A DNA stretch of 64,000 nt from Macrostomum lignano (lineage: Eukaryota): contig NIVC01000812.1 of NCBI GenBank assembly GCA_002269645.1, forward strand, positions 51,327 through 115,326. Direction: 5' to 3'. The notes below the pieces were generated by a model that searched no databases, was not told the origin of the DNA, and was given only the letters and a program-made list of their open reading frames with translations. The position numbers were made by a program, and so were the translations under genes. Shown here piece by piece: positions 45,800-57,135 of the stretch (within the stretch, counting starts at the first letter, position 1; every line of letters begins with the position of its first letter).

Positions 45800-48700
45800 T
45801 AATGGGATCTGATTCCTCACATTTTATAAAATAACTCTTCTCTCTCAACCCGATAAATTCGGTGATGATGTCACCAGCTTTCTCATCCTTCATTTTCTAG
45901 GTCATACAAGTCCTTCTGTATCAAAAGATCCTGATAAAAGTCTACTGTTTCTATGTTCAAAATCAAACTGTCTGTGTCGGTATACAGCAGTTTGATTTTT
46001 TTTGATTTTCTGATTTTTGATTTTGTTAATTACATTTTCTACATCAGTGTTTGATAGTTGCCAGGTTCCATCCGGACTTTCAACAATTTTCGGGCAATGA
46101 CGATTTTCTGGGAAGGGTGGAAAGTCCGAGAAATGGTCGTGAAGTTCAGATGGAATCTCTACATCCACCTCATAAATTGCGGGTGTTGAAAAGTCCCATT
46201 AAGTTCTTCAAGCCACCTGAAATCTCTAACAGGCAACTCCTGGCTCATTGCCCAACCATAGAGGTTGTTGGCATCCAGGTAGCTGATATAATTGGAGGGT
46301 TGCTCGCTGTTGTAATCTTCAACGTAAGGATTGTTTGCAATAGCATGTCTATGAACACAAACAGACACGCCTCCTCTTTTGGAACTTTCGACAAAATTGT
46401 ACATGTCTGTCAAAAGTTCAACAAACCAATCTGGGTCTTTATCCCATTTCATTTTCTACAAAGATTCCCAGCTGGTGGCAGGCAGAGACACAAAATGAGC
46501 GGGATCGAGGCCACAGGCTGCATACCAGGTGTCTTCGCTGCTACTGCCCGGCCTTCAACCGAGACCGGCTCAACCACCTCGGGCCCAACCCGTCCCTGGA
46601 CGACGTTTGCCGGCCCGAGAACATCCCACGGCTCATCCGGTTCCTCCGGGCCACCAAGCGAGCCTCCGTCTTCCCCACCGAAGACAACGCTGCAGACAGG
46701 ACCGGCAGACCTCCCTGACCGGCCCCGCGCCCTAGCCTATGCGGGTCTTTCAGGGATTAGCGGAATGGGCGACGCTCGCCTCCCCGCTGCGTCTTCGGAC
46801 CGCCCTGCAGCTAAGTCAAGTCAGGTGTCTTCGAAGGTTTCAAAGACATCGGCCAGAAGAAAGACATCTATATAGAGGTAAAGCAAATGATAATCAAAGA
46901 ATATTTTACATTTAAAATGATTATAAACATGCTTTGCATGCTCATAGTCATCTTCTGAGATCCCAGAGTTCGTCAGCTGGGAATACAATTTTCTTTTTGT
47001 GGCAGCCCTTCTTCAAATATGTGATACCCAATAATATATTCATAGGGGTTGTGCCCCTTCTTCCTCAGAAGTTTAAATGACTCATCAGTGTCATTAGCAA
47101 ATATTTTTGTAAAATTACACCGATCGTCAGTTAAATTTTTACTGAGTGCATCCTGCTTAATATCCAGGCACTTAAACTTTTACTGAGTGCATCCTGCTTA
47201 ATATCCAGGCACTTAAACTTTTACTGAGTGCATCCTGCTTAATATCCAGGCACTTAAACTTTTACTGAGTGCATCCTGCTTAATATCCAGGCACTTAAAC
47301 TTTTCTTTATTCTCTGCGATGCAATCAAGCTTGACGCTTGGAATCATCCCAATTTTTTCAACCAATAAAATTAAAATTATAGCCCCGACTGTTGTAGAAA
47401 AACACTGTTAAATCCCGAATATTAGATTTTAACTTAAGATTGCAAGCGTTATGTGCAGCCCCCCTAAATTTCCCCGTTAAGTTGCAGTGGTCCCTGACTG
47501 TTGGGCTCTTGAGATTGCCGCTTGTCAACTGTTTTCTACAGATGTGGCAATGATTAGCTGATTGAAATGCCACCTCATTAGCTTGTGACATGTTGATTGG
47601 TTCTACGATAAATTGAAGTGCTGATTTGTTTTTGTAATTCCAGCATCCTGAAAATAAACTGTTCCACATTTGTCCCCGAAGAAATGGTTAAATTCGATAA
47701 GTTTTTTTCCAGATATAAAGACAAAAACCACTGAGTTGGGGACATGATTTTGTTTATTTTAATTCAGGATTTTCAGGTGTTTTAAAGCATTCAAAATCAG
47801 CATAAACAACAAACGGTAGTCTCTCCATCTTATGATAATTTTTTAACCTGAGATATTTTTCTTCAGCTGAGGGGAGAGAGCAGATGGTGGGGTGATCTTC
47901 CCAGGTTAATTCATGCTCTGCAAGCTTTTCATTGCGGTTTGATCCGCTGTAATTTTTAAGACACAATCGACAGATAGCTACAGATGAATCATGATTGTTG
48001 ATTTGTTTATGAATTAACTTGGATAAATCTTTAATCCACACAATGAGCATTTACCTGTAGTTTCCTATCACAAGCAGGTCTATATCCAACCTTCTCTTTC
48101 CCTCCGGATCAAACCTGTTTTTACTACACCTGACTAGTTGTGTACTTTTTCACTTTCTTCATCCCACTCAAAGACTGTGATCCTAATTTTATTGTTGAAA
48201 ACTTCTTCTAACTTTGGGATCTGAGCAATTTCTAAACCACCTTTATTGAATACAATTCCTTTCTTGGAGCATTCAACGCCTGAAAATTGTGAATGAAGAT
48301 ATTCAGTTTGCTCAGAGAAAATTCACAGAACATTGTATTGAGTATACTCTACCCTACATAGAAAACGGGGACATAAATGACTACAGAGACAACATCCAAT
48401 TAGGCGTATTTTTCAACGCCTAAAATGATTCTGATGTCTGATGTGATGTTCTTTCATGATGAGCCATTGTTGTTTTATTATAAATTGCAGAAAGAACAGC
48501 CCATAGAGCACCACAATTATCATCATTTTTAACATTTACACAAGCCTTTTTGCTAGCCAGCTTTGTTGAGAGTGGTAGATAGGATGAGGCCCTCAAGGGG
48601 TCGTACTTCACCACCTTAACCATTGTTCTTTGAATCCCACCGACAACCCATCCTGAACCTCGGGATGTAAATGATTCAATTCTTTTCGTGATATCTTGGA

Positions 48701-49240
48701 GGAAAGGATCCAAGGTGTCGGCGGGAGAGAATGGTTTAGCCTTCGTGGTCATGTAATAATTAAGATGTTCTTTTGGTCTAGCTGGCATTTGAAAACTAAC
48801 TAAAATGATAGCTGCAGCTTAAAGGTTCTTCGTGTTCTCAAGGTGTGGTCTCTAACTAATTGGATGTTGTCTCTGTAGTCATTTATGTCCCCGTTTTCTA
48901 TGCAGGGTAGAGTATACTCAATACAATGTTCTGTGAATTTTCTCTGAGCAAACTGAATATCTTCATTCACAATTTTCAATTCTTTTTGTTCAACTAACCG
49001 CTCCAACGCTTCTTGTTCTGGTCTACTTAGTGGGTATCGGTGATAGTCGACCTGTTAGAGTCTTATATTTATTAGCAAGGAATCGGCTCCTTTCTTGACA
49101 TTCTCTTTGTTGATTGTGGTAGATAGTGGAATTAGGTTGGTCTACTTCCAATTGTTCGATAGCTTCCCTTTGTTTTTCATACCTACCGAGATACGGTGGC
49201 TTTCTGTTAAACCGTCTCAGATGCTCGTTTTGCAACCAGG
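45800..49240 (-). pseudogene. Fragmented protein-primed DNA polymerase B of a Polinton/Maverick-like element
   Basis: Collinear fragments: RGSGWV..KYDPLRASSYLPL..KKACVNVKNDD; PFVVYADFEC; HCHIC..VRDHCNLTGKFRGAAHNACNL; LLRKKGHNPYEY; DVFLLADVFETF; SKRGGVS..YLDANNLYGWAMSQELP; KMKDEKAGDIITEFIGLREKSY. Many stops and frameshifts. Confidence 0.85.
47137..47304. repeat. 41-bp tandem duplication, 4 copies, inside the polB remnant
   Basis: ACTGAGTGCATCCTGCTTAATATCCAGGCACTTAAACTTTT starts at 47141, 47182, 47223 and 47264. Confidence 0.95.
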
Positions 49241-49349
49241 CGCTTTCTCTTAAAAAAACGAGAGGCGTTGATTATTTCGCCTCTTTAAGAATTCATTAAC
49301 AAAATTTTTGCCGGATTTGCTTTCGGCATTTTTTTCTGTAATGTCCACA

Positions 49350-49835
49350 TGAAAGCCAAGTGGTGTAATGTCTACATGAAAACCAAGCAGTGTAATGTCT
49401 ACATGAAAACAAACAGTGTAATGTCTACATGAAAACCAAGCGGTGTAATGTCTACATGAAAACCAAGCGGTGTAATGTCTACATGAAAACCAAGCGGTGA
49501 AATGTCTACATGAAAACCAAGGGGGTAAAATGTCTACATGAAAACCAAGGGGGTAAAATGTCTACATGAAAACCAAGCGGTAAAATGTCTACATGAAAAC
49601 CAAGGGGTAAAATGTCTACATGAAAACCAAGCGGTGAAATGTCTACATGAAAACCAAGGGGTAAAATGTCTACATGAAAACCAAGCGGTAAAATGTCTAC
49701 ATGAAAACCAAGCGGTGTAATGTCTACATGAAAACCAAGCGGTGAAATGTCGACATGAAAACCATGCGGTGAAATGTCGACATGAAAACCATGCGGTGTA
49801 ATGTCTACATGAAAACCAAACGGTGAAATGTCTAT
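49350..49835. repeat. 27-bp minisatellite
   Basis: Unit AATGTCTACATGAAAACCAAGCGGTGT, about 18 copies. Confidence 0.95.
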
Positions 49836-50578
49836 TAGAAAAACACACTTGAACCCACCAAAAGCGGCCAGATTACTAATCCGTTATTCTTTTATCCACA
49901 AGGAAACAAAACTATATTTGCGTTTCTCAAGCTGCATGATTTCATGAATCGACATTAAATGCATATCAGAGTACAGTTACACCAGGTGGGCGTCCTTCGT
50001 CGGTATTACTCGTAGCTTTTTGAAAAAATCAATAAACTTGGTAAATTTTTTCTCGTTAATATACCGAAAATACTTGCTCGACAATTGCCTCCAAACACGA
50101 AGCGGTTATCGACACTCGGACGCAGCTACTAAGAGTAGTCCCTCAGTTCTCGCAAGTTCTAGCAAGAAGCACGCGTTTGTCCAAACGAAAAGAAAAATGA
50201 TGTCTCAAATTACAAATGATGTTAAGAAGTTTACGCAGCCGCTCAACTGCAAGCGCAGACGCCATTCAGGTGCGAAAATCTCACGCGGCCCTAGGGATTG
50301 TACTTTTATCAAGCATAAGCTAAACGAAAGCAAATTTTGCAACCAAAGCACTCGTGCAAGAAGCTGTTTGCTATATCGGCACGTAGAAAGCAGTTGGGAA
50401 TCGCAGCAAATTTTGAGTAAGCCCAGATTGCTGGTTCCTGTCACGGAATGAATGTCTGGAGCAGTGCATTCCGTAATCTATGGGACCGGGACTGCCATAT
50501 TTAAAGCACAGAAGCCAGTCTTTACCGCAGCGAGCTGACAATCCGACGTTAAGCTGATTTGAAATCATTAATTGCATA

Positions 50579-52029
50579 ATGAAAATTTTCATCATTGCTG
50601 TTCTCTGCGCCGCTGCCGCAGTGGCTGAGGCTGATTGTAAGTTGACCTGATCCGTAATTGGTGTTTTGATCCGGTTTTTTGTCTAGCATATTTGCCGAAC
50701 AGCTCAGCGGTAAACGCGTCTGACTCTCGTGCCAAAACGACCCACTGGTTCGACTCCGCGAGCGGCCAAATTCATTTGGGGCTTTTGCAGGAAAATCGGG
50801 TTTTAGTACAGTTTACAGCCATGAAGGCCAACCCCCGAGGCACAGAGAGTGCACGCACGCATGGGGACCAAGTTCCAAGGCGCAGAGAGTGCACGCACGC
50901 ATGGGGACCAAGTTCCAAGGCGCAGAGAGTGCACGCACGCATGGGGACTAAGTCCCGAGGCGCAGAGAGTGCACGCACGCATGGGGACTAAGTCCCGAGG
51001 CACAGAGAGTGCACGCACGCATGGGGACCAAGTTCCAAGGCGCAGAGAGTGCACGCACGCATGGGGACCAAGTTCCAAGGCGCAGAGAGTGCACGCACGC
51101 ATGGGGACCAAGTTCCAAGGCGCAGAGAGTGCACGCACGCATGGGGACCAAGTTCCAAGGCGCAGAGAGTGCACGCACGCATGGGGACCAAGTTCCAAGG
51201 CGCAGAGAGTGCACGCACGCATGGGGACCAAGTTCCAGGGCGCAGAGAGTGTACATTCCCGACTATTAGAAAGTCAGGGCTGCTGTATACACTGCGTGAG
51301 CATGTGCATGAGTTCGTGCCTGTGTACAGCATTGGCGCAGGAGTCATATGCTCAGTAGTCAGCGGAATGGGCAGAATTAAGAGGCCTAGACTGAGACCCG
51401 GGACGGGGACCCCTGACTGAAGACACCCACCCTGGCTCCGACCCCTGCTTCCTGACCGGCCGCAAGAGTTCGCCGACGCAGCTACTCTCTGAGCAGCGAA
51501 AGTTCATTGCCCAGTGGCTGACTCAGGAGAGAAAGTTTACTGACCAATCAGAGACCCGCTACTAGTAGACGGGGGAACGCAGCGCAAGGGCCGGGGCAGA
51601 GGGAACAGCCACCCCAAACCCCCAAAAAAGGGTGGAGTCATAAGCCCCCAAACCCGGGCCCAGGTGGTGCTGGCAGGCTAGGAAAAACTGGAGGAGGGGC
51701 CAAACCCGCCAGGCAAACACAGGGCGGTCGGCTGGGGATGCACAAAGCAAAACAATTATAGTATTCTAGCATTCCGATGAGTCCGGGGGCAAATCACTGA
51801 GCAATTTTCCTGCAGCAAAGTGGCCCACATTGCAGACGGAATGGACCCGATGGTCCGGGACGCCATCGACTGGGTTGAGCGCTTCGTGCCGGAGGTGAAG
51901 GAGGTGCGGACCAACGGCAACTACATGGAGATTCTGGCTAAGGTGATTGACGCCATGCAGCGCTTCCCGGGCCTGCGGGACCAAATGCAGAGGGACAACC
52001 CGCTGCTGTTCAAGATCCTGCTGGGCTGA
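50579..52029 (+). CDS. Putative two-exon small secreted protein gene with an in-frame TGA
   Basis: Exon 1 50579-50636 encodes signal peptide MKIFIIAVLCAAAAVAEAD followed by GTAAGT. Exon 2 (acceptor TTCTAG at 51769, matching phase 1) is GC3-rich (...DGMDPMVRDAIDWVERFVPEVKEV...FKILLG), with TGA at 51778-51780. Confidence 0.55.
50695..51380 (+). mobile_element. tRNA-derived SINE with an internal 40-bp minisatellite expansion
   Basis: Head AACAGCTCAGCGGTAAACGCGTCTGACTC...GGTTCGACTCCG; core interrupted at about 50835-51250 by 10 copies of CGCAGAGAGTGCACGCACGCATGGGGACCAAGTTCCAAGG, then resumes to CAGCGGAATGGGCAGAATT. Confidence 0.85.
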
Positions 52030-52922
52030 GCTCTGGGGCCGGCACTTCCTTTTTGACCTTGTCGAAGTGCTTTAAGCTGGTACTTTGATGCGCTTAGGAA
52101 CTGTTGATGTGGTGGTGAGGCTCGCTAAATACATTGGAGTTTCAATACACTGTCTGTACAGAACTTCAGAGACGTGTTAATGAATTCGTATTGCGTTGGA
52201 AAAACACATGCTAGGCAGGCTGCCCCATTCATTCGTGTATTTTAACTGTAGAGGCGCTATTGACCACTACATTGTGTATTAGCAATAGCGAATGCTACTG
52301 AAAGTAACAAGTTGTAAATAAACATGCAGAATCATTGAAAATTGCAAGAAACTTTCGATGCAACAGACTGTGTTAGGAGAAAATTCCAAGGATCGGAATG
52401 TCCCATCATTTTACCCCTAGCAGCCCTAGAGCCCTACTTAGCGAAGTCTAACTCTTTTCTCCAATTCGAATCAAACAGACTAACGCAGCCTTGTCTGATT
52501 ATTGCCGAGTGTGCGGCCTCCCTTTTGTATCTGGCGTGGGTGAACGACTGGCTGCGTGTAACGACTTTATTAGAATTTTGGTGGCCTTGATTGTCCTGAT
52601 TGTCTGCTTGGTTGGCGCGAACGTCGCTGGACTGACCGCTCTTGACTGGTGCCGGCGGCTGTCGTTTTGTCCCCATGGAACCCGCAAGTTCATCTAAAAA
52701 TGTTATTGATTATTTATGAACGATGATTCGAGAAATCCGCTTTCACTCTTTCAGTTGAGTAAGAGCAATACTACTCACGCGTTGCCACGATGTCAGTAGC
52801 TAGACTGGCTCCAGAAGGTCGGCGAAGAGTATTTTCTATCAGTTTATGCTTCAGGTTGGGCTGAAGTTAATCGAAATACGTAGATCAAACCAATACAGCA
52901 AGTAATTCAATGTAATCGATAT

Positions 52923-55900
52923 TTATGAGCTATGAAAATTGTTTTTAAAACCAATTAATGCTAAACAAAAAGCGCCTACCTGAGCATCCAATAAAGTCGA
53001 GACCAGCCTACTCAGATGAGCAGCCGTGATTCTCTTCCTACGCCTGTCGAAAACTCCCATTAGCTGTTCATTGCTGATGCTGTGCTGCAGGCAGTAATGC
53101 AGCAACAGCCCCAGATCCTGGGGATCGCCGTAGTCCCAAGAAAATGTGTTGAAGAGTTCAGCTGCTTTTTCATTGCCATTCGGTTGTTTTCGAATGAACT
53201 CGAGGCGGAGCGCCTTGGACAGCGCGTCGAAATTGATGTAGCTCGCCTGGTCGCGACTTCCCCGACTCAGTGGAAAAATCTCTCTCAGATAGGCTGGAAG
53301 AAACTTGAACTCGACTTTCTTGTGAAATCGGAAATAGAATTTCCAAGCTGAGTCGTTGGTCTGAAGATAACGGAGGACGTCCTCCACCGAGCTCGGGATG
53401 GACTTGCTGACGGTGCTGACCGGGGCGACGAGTGAATAGCCGCTTTTGCCAGTCCTCATGAGCGCCATCGCTCTGAGGCACTCTCGAGCAGTTCTGGCCC
53501 AATCAGGTATGCTGTTGATTTCCTCTTTGATGGTCTTTTCAAAGTTGTCATCAGCCAGCGACAAGAGGACATACTTGATAACATCGTAGGTATCGTGGTA
53601 CTGCAGCTCAGCTGTAGGAAATGACCGCTCTTCCAGCACGGGCAGTAGAAGAAACGGGTGAAACTGGAACTCCATAGAAGGATTTTTGCAGAGTCCTTGT
53701 CGAAATTCTTCCAGTGCAGTAGAAAGATTGCAAATAACTTCTTCAATGGCTCTTCGGATTTCCGACTTGGGGTGGTGATTGCGGTGCAGATAAACAAATG
53801 CATCTCGCAGGAAAAAGTGTTGCATGCACTGATGCGGTGAACAGAAGTCAGTTCTTGTGTTGTGAAAACCTCTTTTAAGCAGAAGCTCCAACGATCGTCT
53901 CACCAGCTCATGAAGACTCTCTTTAGTCCAGTGTTCTCTTGGCGTCCCGTCGAGCATAAAGAAGAAAGTGTTCTTGGCGTGGTACGTTTTCAGTCCATTC
54001 ACTTTAGCGGAAATTACTTTTTTGATAATGTATTTCAGCAGCACGAAAACCTGGCCCTGCTCGTCGGTTAGGCTCTGCATGAGCCGCCTCTCAAGCAGGT
54101 TGGTGCTGACTCGCATTCGTTTGCCACTCAGCCCTGGCGGCGCTGCGGCAACCAAATGGCATGGCGAGTTTTTCAGCTCGTCCGCGAGCGATTTCAGAAT
54201 GTTGGACGGAATGCACGACTGATAGCCAGACTGCAGCACAGCGATCGTGGGATACTCACTGAGTGGATACGCAGTCACAAAGTCCATATTCGGTCGAAGC
54301 ATTGATCCATTTTGAGTGACACTTGGCTCAGAAACTGGAACGGAAGTAACAGGGTGCATGATGATAATGATCGATTGTTTGTAAATTAGACCGGTTACTC
54401 CTACCTGAGATATCAATCTCGATGTGCCCGTCGCTATAGCTATGTTCGGAGCAGACTTTCACTACAGGGCCTTGCTGTAGCGCTGTCATATCGATGTCTG
54501 AATCCGGGTCCAGCTTTCCATCGTTTTGCGTAAAGCACATGCCCCATCCATCAGAGAAGCTACCAACGATGGAGAACTGATCAGAAGGCAGCCTTTGCTT
54601 TTGGATGAATTCTAGGGTGGCCGCAATCCTGCTTTGCATTGCGGCGTTCGCTGCTGTGAAACCGGCAAGCCTCATTTCGGAGCTCAAAGATTCGCAAGAA
54701 TCCATCAGGCTCGTGTCTGAGCTGTCAGATGCAGAGATACTGCTCGGCAAGGCACTCATGGCAAGAGCTGTCAACCAAGGCTCTATGGTTGCCTGCGACT
54801 GGATCAACAACTTCGCAACCTTAGTGTGGCCGTTCTCCAGTGCAACAAGCAATGGAGATTCTTTCCGGCGGTTTCGCTGGTTCAAGTTTGCTCCGGCCTG
54901 AACCAGACTTGCGACGACAGCGATATGACCATTCCTAGCGGCAATCATGAGAGGTGATCCTTTTTTTGTCTGGACATCAACATCCGCCTGAGCCCCAATC
55001 AGTTTCTCAATCACCCGAATGTGACCTCCCTTTGCTGCTGCGAACATTGGCGACGATAGCGGCTTCGGCCAAAGAGAGTTGCCGCAGGCCCCGGCACGAA
55101 TCAGACTGACGGTGGCGTCTACGCGGCCCTTACTGGTCGCTAAGCAAAGCGGGGAGTCGCCCGCTCTGGTCAGGCTGTCGATATTGGCTCCGGCTGCGAC
55201 AAGCAGATCGACAAGGTTGGCTTGAGAGTTCTGTGCCGCTGCATGCAGGGGACTGAAGCCCTTGCAATCGGCCAGGTTAATGTTGGCGTTGGATGCTAGC
55301 AGCTTGCGTACAACGTCGAGTTTGCCATTCTTGGCAGCCACTAAAAGCGCCGTTGCTCCCAATTTAGTCTGGTGGTCAATTTTAACTCCTGCCTGCAAGA
55401 GCTCAGTAATCACGGCTGTGTGCCCGTGACGGGCCGCTATGATGAGCGGCGTGCAGCCGTCCTTGTCCCCGAGATCTATGTTGGCTCCATGTTTAATGAG
55501 CGCTTGCGCAGACTCGACACGTCCTGACTGGGCTGTTGCATGCAAGGCTGCACGACCTTTGTTAGTCTGGAAGTTCAGGTCCGTTCCCGACTCAGCTAAT
55601 AAGGAAATCACTTCCGCGTGTCCGTGCTGAGCAGCGATGTACAAAGGCGTTGCGTTTGAGCAGCGGAGCTGAAGATCAACATTCGCTCCGGATCTTATTA
55701 GAAATCGAACAAACTCCAGGAGACCTCTCTTAGCGGCGAGGTGAAGCGGTAATGCGTACAGCTCGTTCCGCTTTTGCGCTTCCAAAAGCACTCCACCAAG
55801 GCAGTCGGTCAGTTCCATTCTGCCACACAAAGCCGCAATTTGAATCGCTGCAAATCCGTTGTCCTTTGCTGTTGTGAAATCCGCGCCCATCGATAAGAGC

Positions 55901-56364
55901 AGATTCAGTATCTCTCGGTGGCCCCTGAGCATGGCCAGTTCAGTCAGGGTGAGTCGCATTTGACTTAAAATGCGCTTCTCCTGCTCACTCGGTGTCTTCG
56001 CTAGTCTTGAAGCCGCGGCCAGCACCCAGAGAGCTGGAGAGCCGGTGCTGCAAAAATGAACATCGGCGCCAGCGCGAATCAGCACCTCGACGGCGTCCAA
56101 CTGGTCGCAGAAGACGGCAACAAACAGCGGCGAGCCGACCTTCTTGTCAGAAGGACAGTCGAGCCCGACGCCGTGCTTAAGCAGCAGCCGCACAGCAGGA
56201 GCGCAGAATGCCGCTGCCACATGCAGCGGTCGGCTTCCATCGGGATCTTCAGCATCAGCAGAACGGGGCTGGACAGTAAGCAGCCTCTCTGCTGCTTTCA
56301 GGTCACCGTCTCGTAATGCCAATTTGAGCTCTGCCCTGTTCGATTCGCAGTACATTTCTGTCAC
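52923..56364 (-). CDS. Ankyrin-repeat + cGAS/Mab21-like nucleotidyltransferase (cGLR-like), about 1120 aa
   Basis: Roughly 14 ankyrin repeats (G.TPLH.AA..G type), then IVGSFSDGWG...DSDIDM. A 70-bp GT-AG phase-1 intron (54404-54335) joins in frame to NMDFVTA, CHLV, MRVS..LLERRLMQSL, LLKYIIK, LKTYHAKNTFFF..P.EHW. Possible extra intron 52979-52861 and last exon 52860-52771. Confidence 0.85.
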
Positions 56365-56611
56365 TGCCGAAAGGCAGCTACTGCATAATTTACAGGTTTA
56401 TTTATAAAATGCTTCCATGTAGCTGTACTTCATTGCTTCTCGAAAATCACTAGTTGAAGATTTTCCTTGCTTATCTGATTCGATAAAAAAAGACCCCTTG
56501 ACGGCTGGTTGCAGAATTAACCGCAGGCTTCCAACCTCTGCTCAAGCGGAGGACGCACACTCGTGCGATAGTGTCAGTTTGGCGGCGCGAGCTAGTGGCT
56601 GCTGCTGCGTG

Positions 56612-57135
56612 TAGGGGCGTAGCCAGAGGGGGGGGGCAAGGGGGCCGTGGCCCCCCCCAATCAACCAACTCTGGCCTTGGCGCCCCCCCCCTAAAAGAAA
56701 CTGGCGCCCCCCCCCTAAAAGAAACTGGCGCCCCCCCTAAAAGAAACTGGCGCCCCCCCCCTAAAAGAAACTGGCGCCCCCCCTCCCTATAAAAAACTGG
56801 CGCCCCCCCCTAAAAGAAACTGGTGCCCCCGGCCCCTCCTAAAAGAAACTGGCGTCCCCCCCCTAAAAGAAACTGGCGCCCCCCCCCCTAAAAGAAACTG
56901 GCGCCCCCCCTATAAGAAACTGGCGCCCCCCCCTAAAAGAAACTGGCGCCCCCCCCCTAAAAGAAACTGGTGCCCCGGCCCCTCCTAAAAGAAACTGGCG
57001 CCCCCCCTAAAAGAAACTGGCGCCCCCCTATAAGAAACTGGCGCCCCCCCCTAAAAGAAACTGGCGCCCCCCTATAAGAAGCTGGCGCCCCCTAACTCAC
57101 GGCCCCCCCAATCAAAATTCCTGGCTACGCCCCTG
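56612..57135. mobile_element. hAT-type MITE with internal ~23-bp tandem repeats
   Basis: 15-bp TIRs TAGGGGCGTAGCCAG / CTGGCTACGCCCCTG; 8-bp flanks GCTGCGTG and CCTGCGTG (7 of 8 match); interior (CTGGCGCCCCCCCCTAAAAGAAA)n. Confidence 0.85.

Noticed and set aside
52030-52260. SECIS element downstream of the TGA-containing gene
   Set aside because: ATGA...AAAAA is present near 52180-52205, but I found no pairing helix II or matching GA quartet by eye.
54328-54416. Apparent frameshift splitting the ankyrin and Mab21 ORFs (pseudogene)
   Set aside because: A 70-bp GT...AG intron (54404-54335, polypyrimidine tract, phase 1) joins them exactly in frame.
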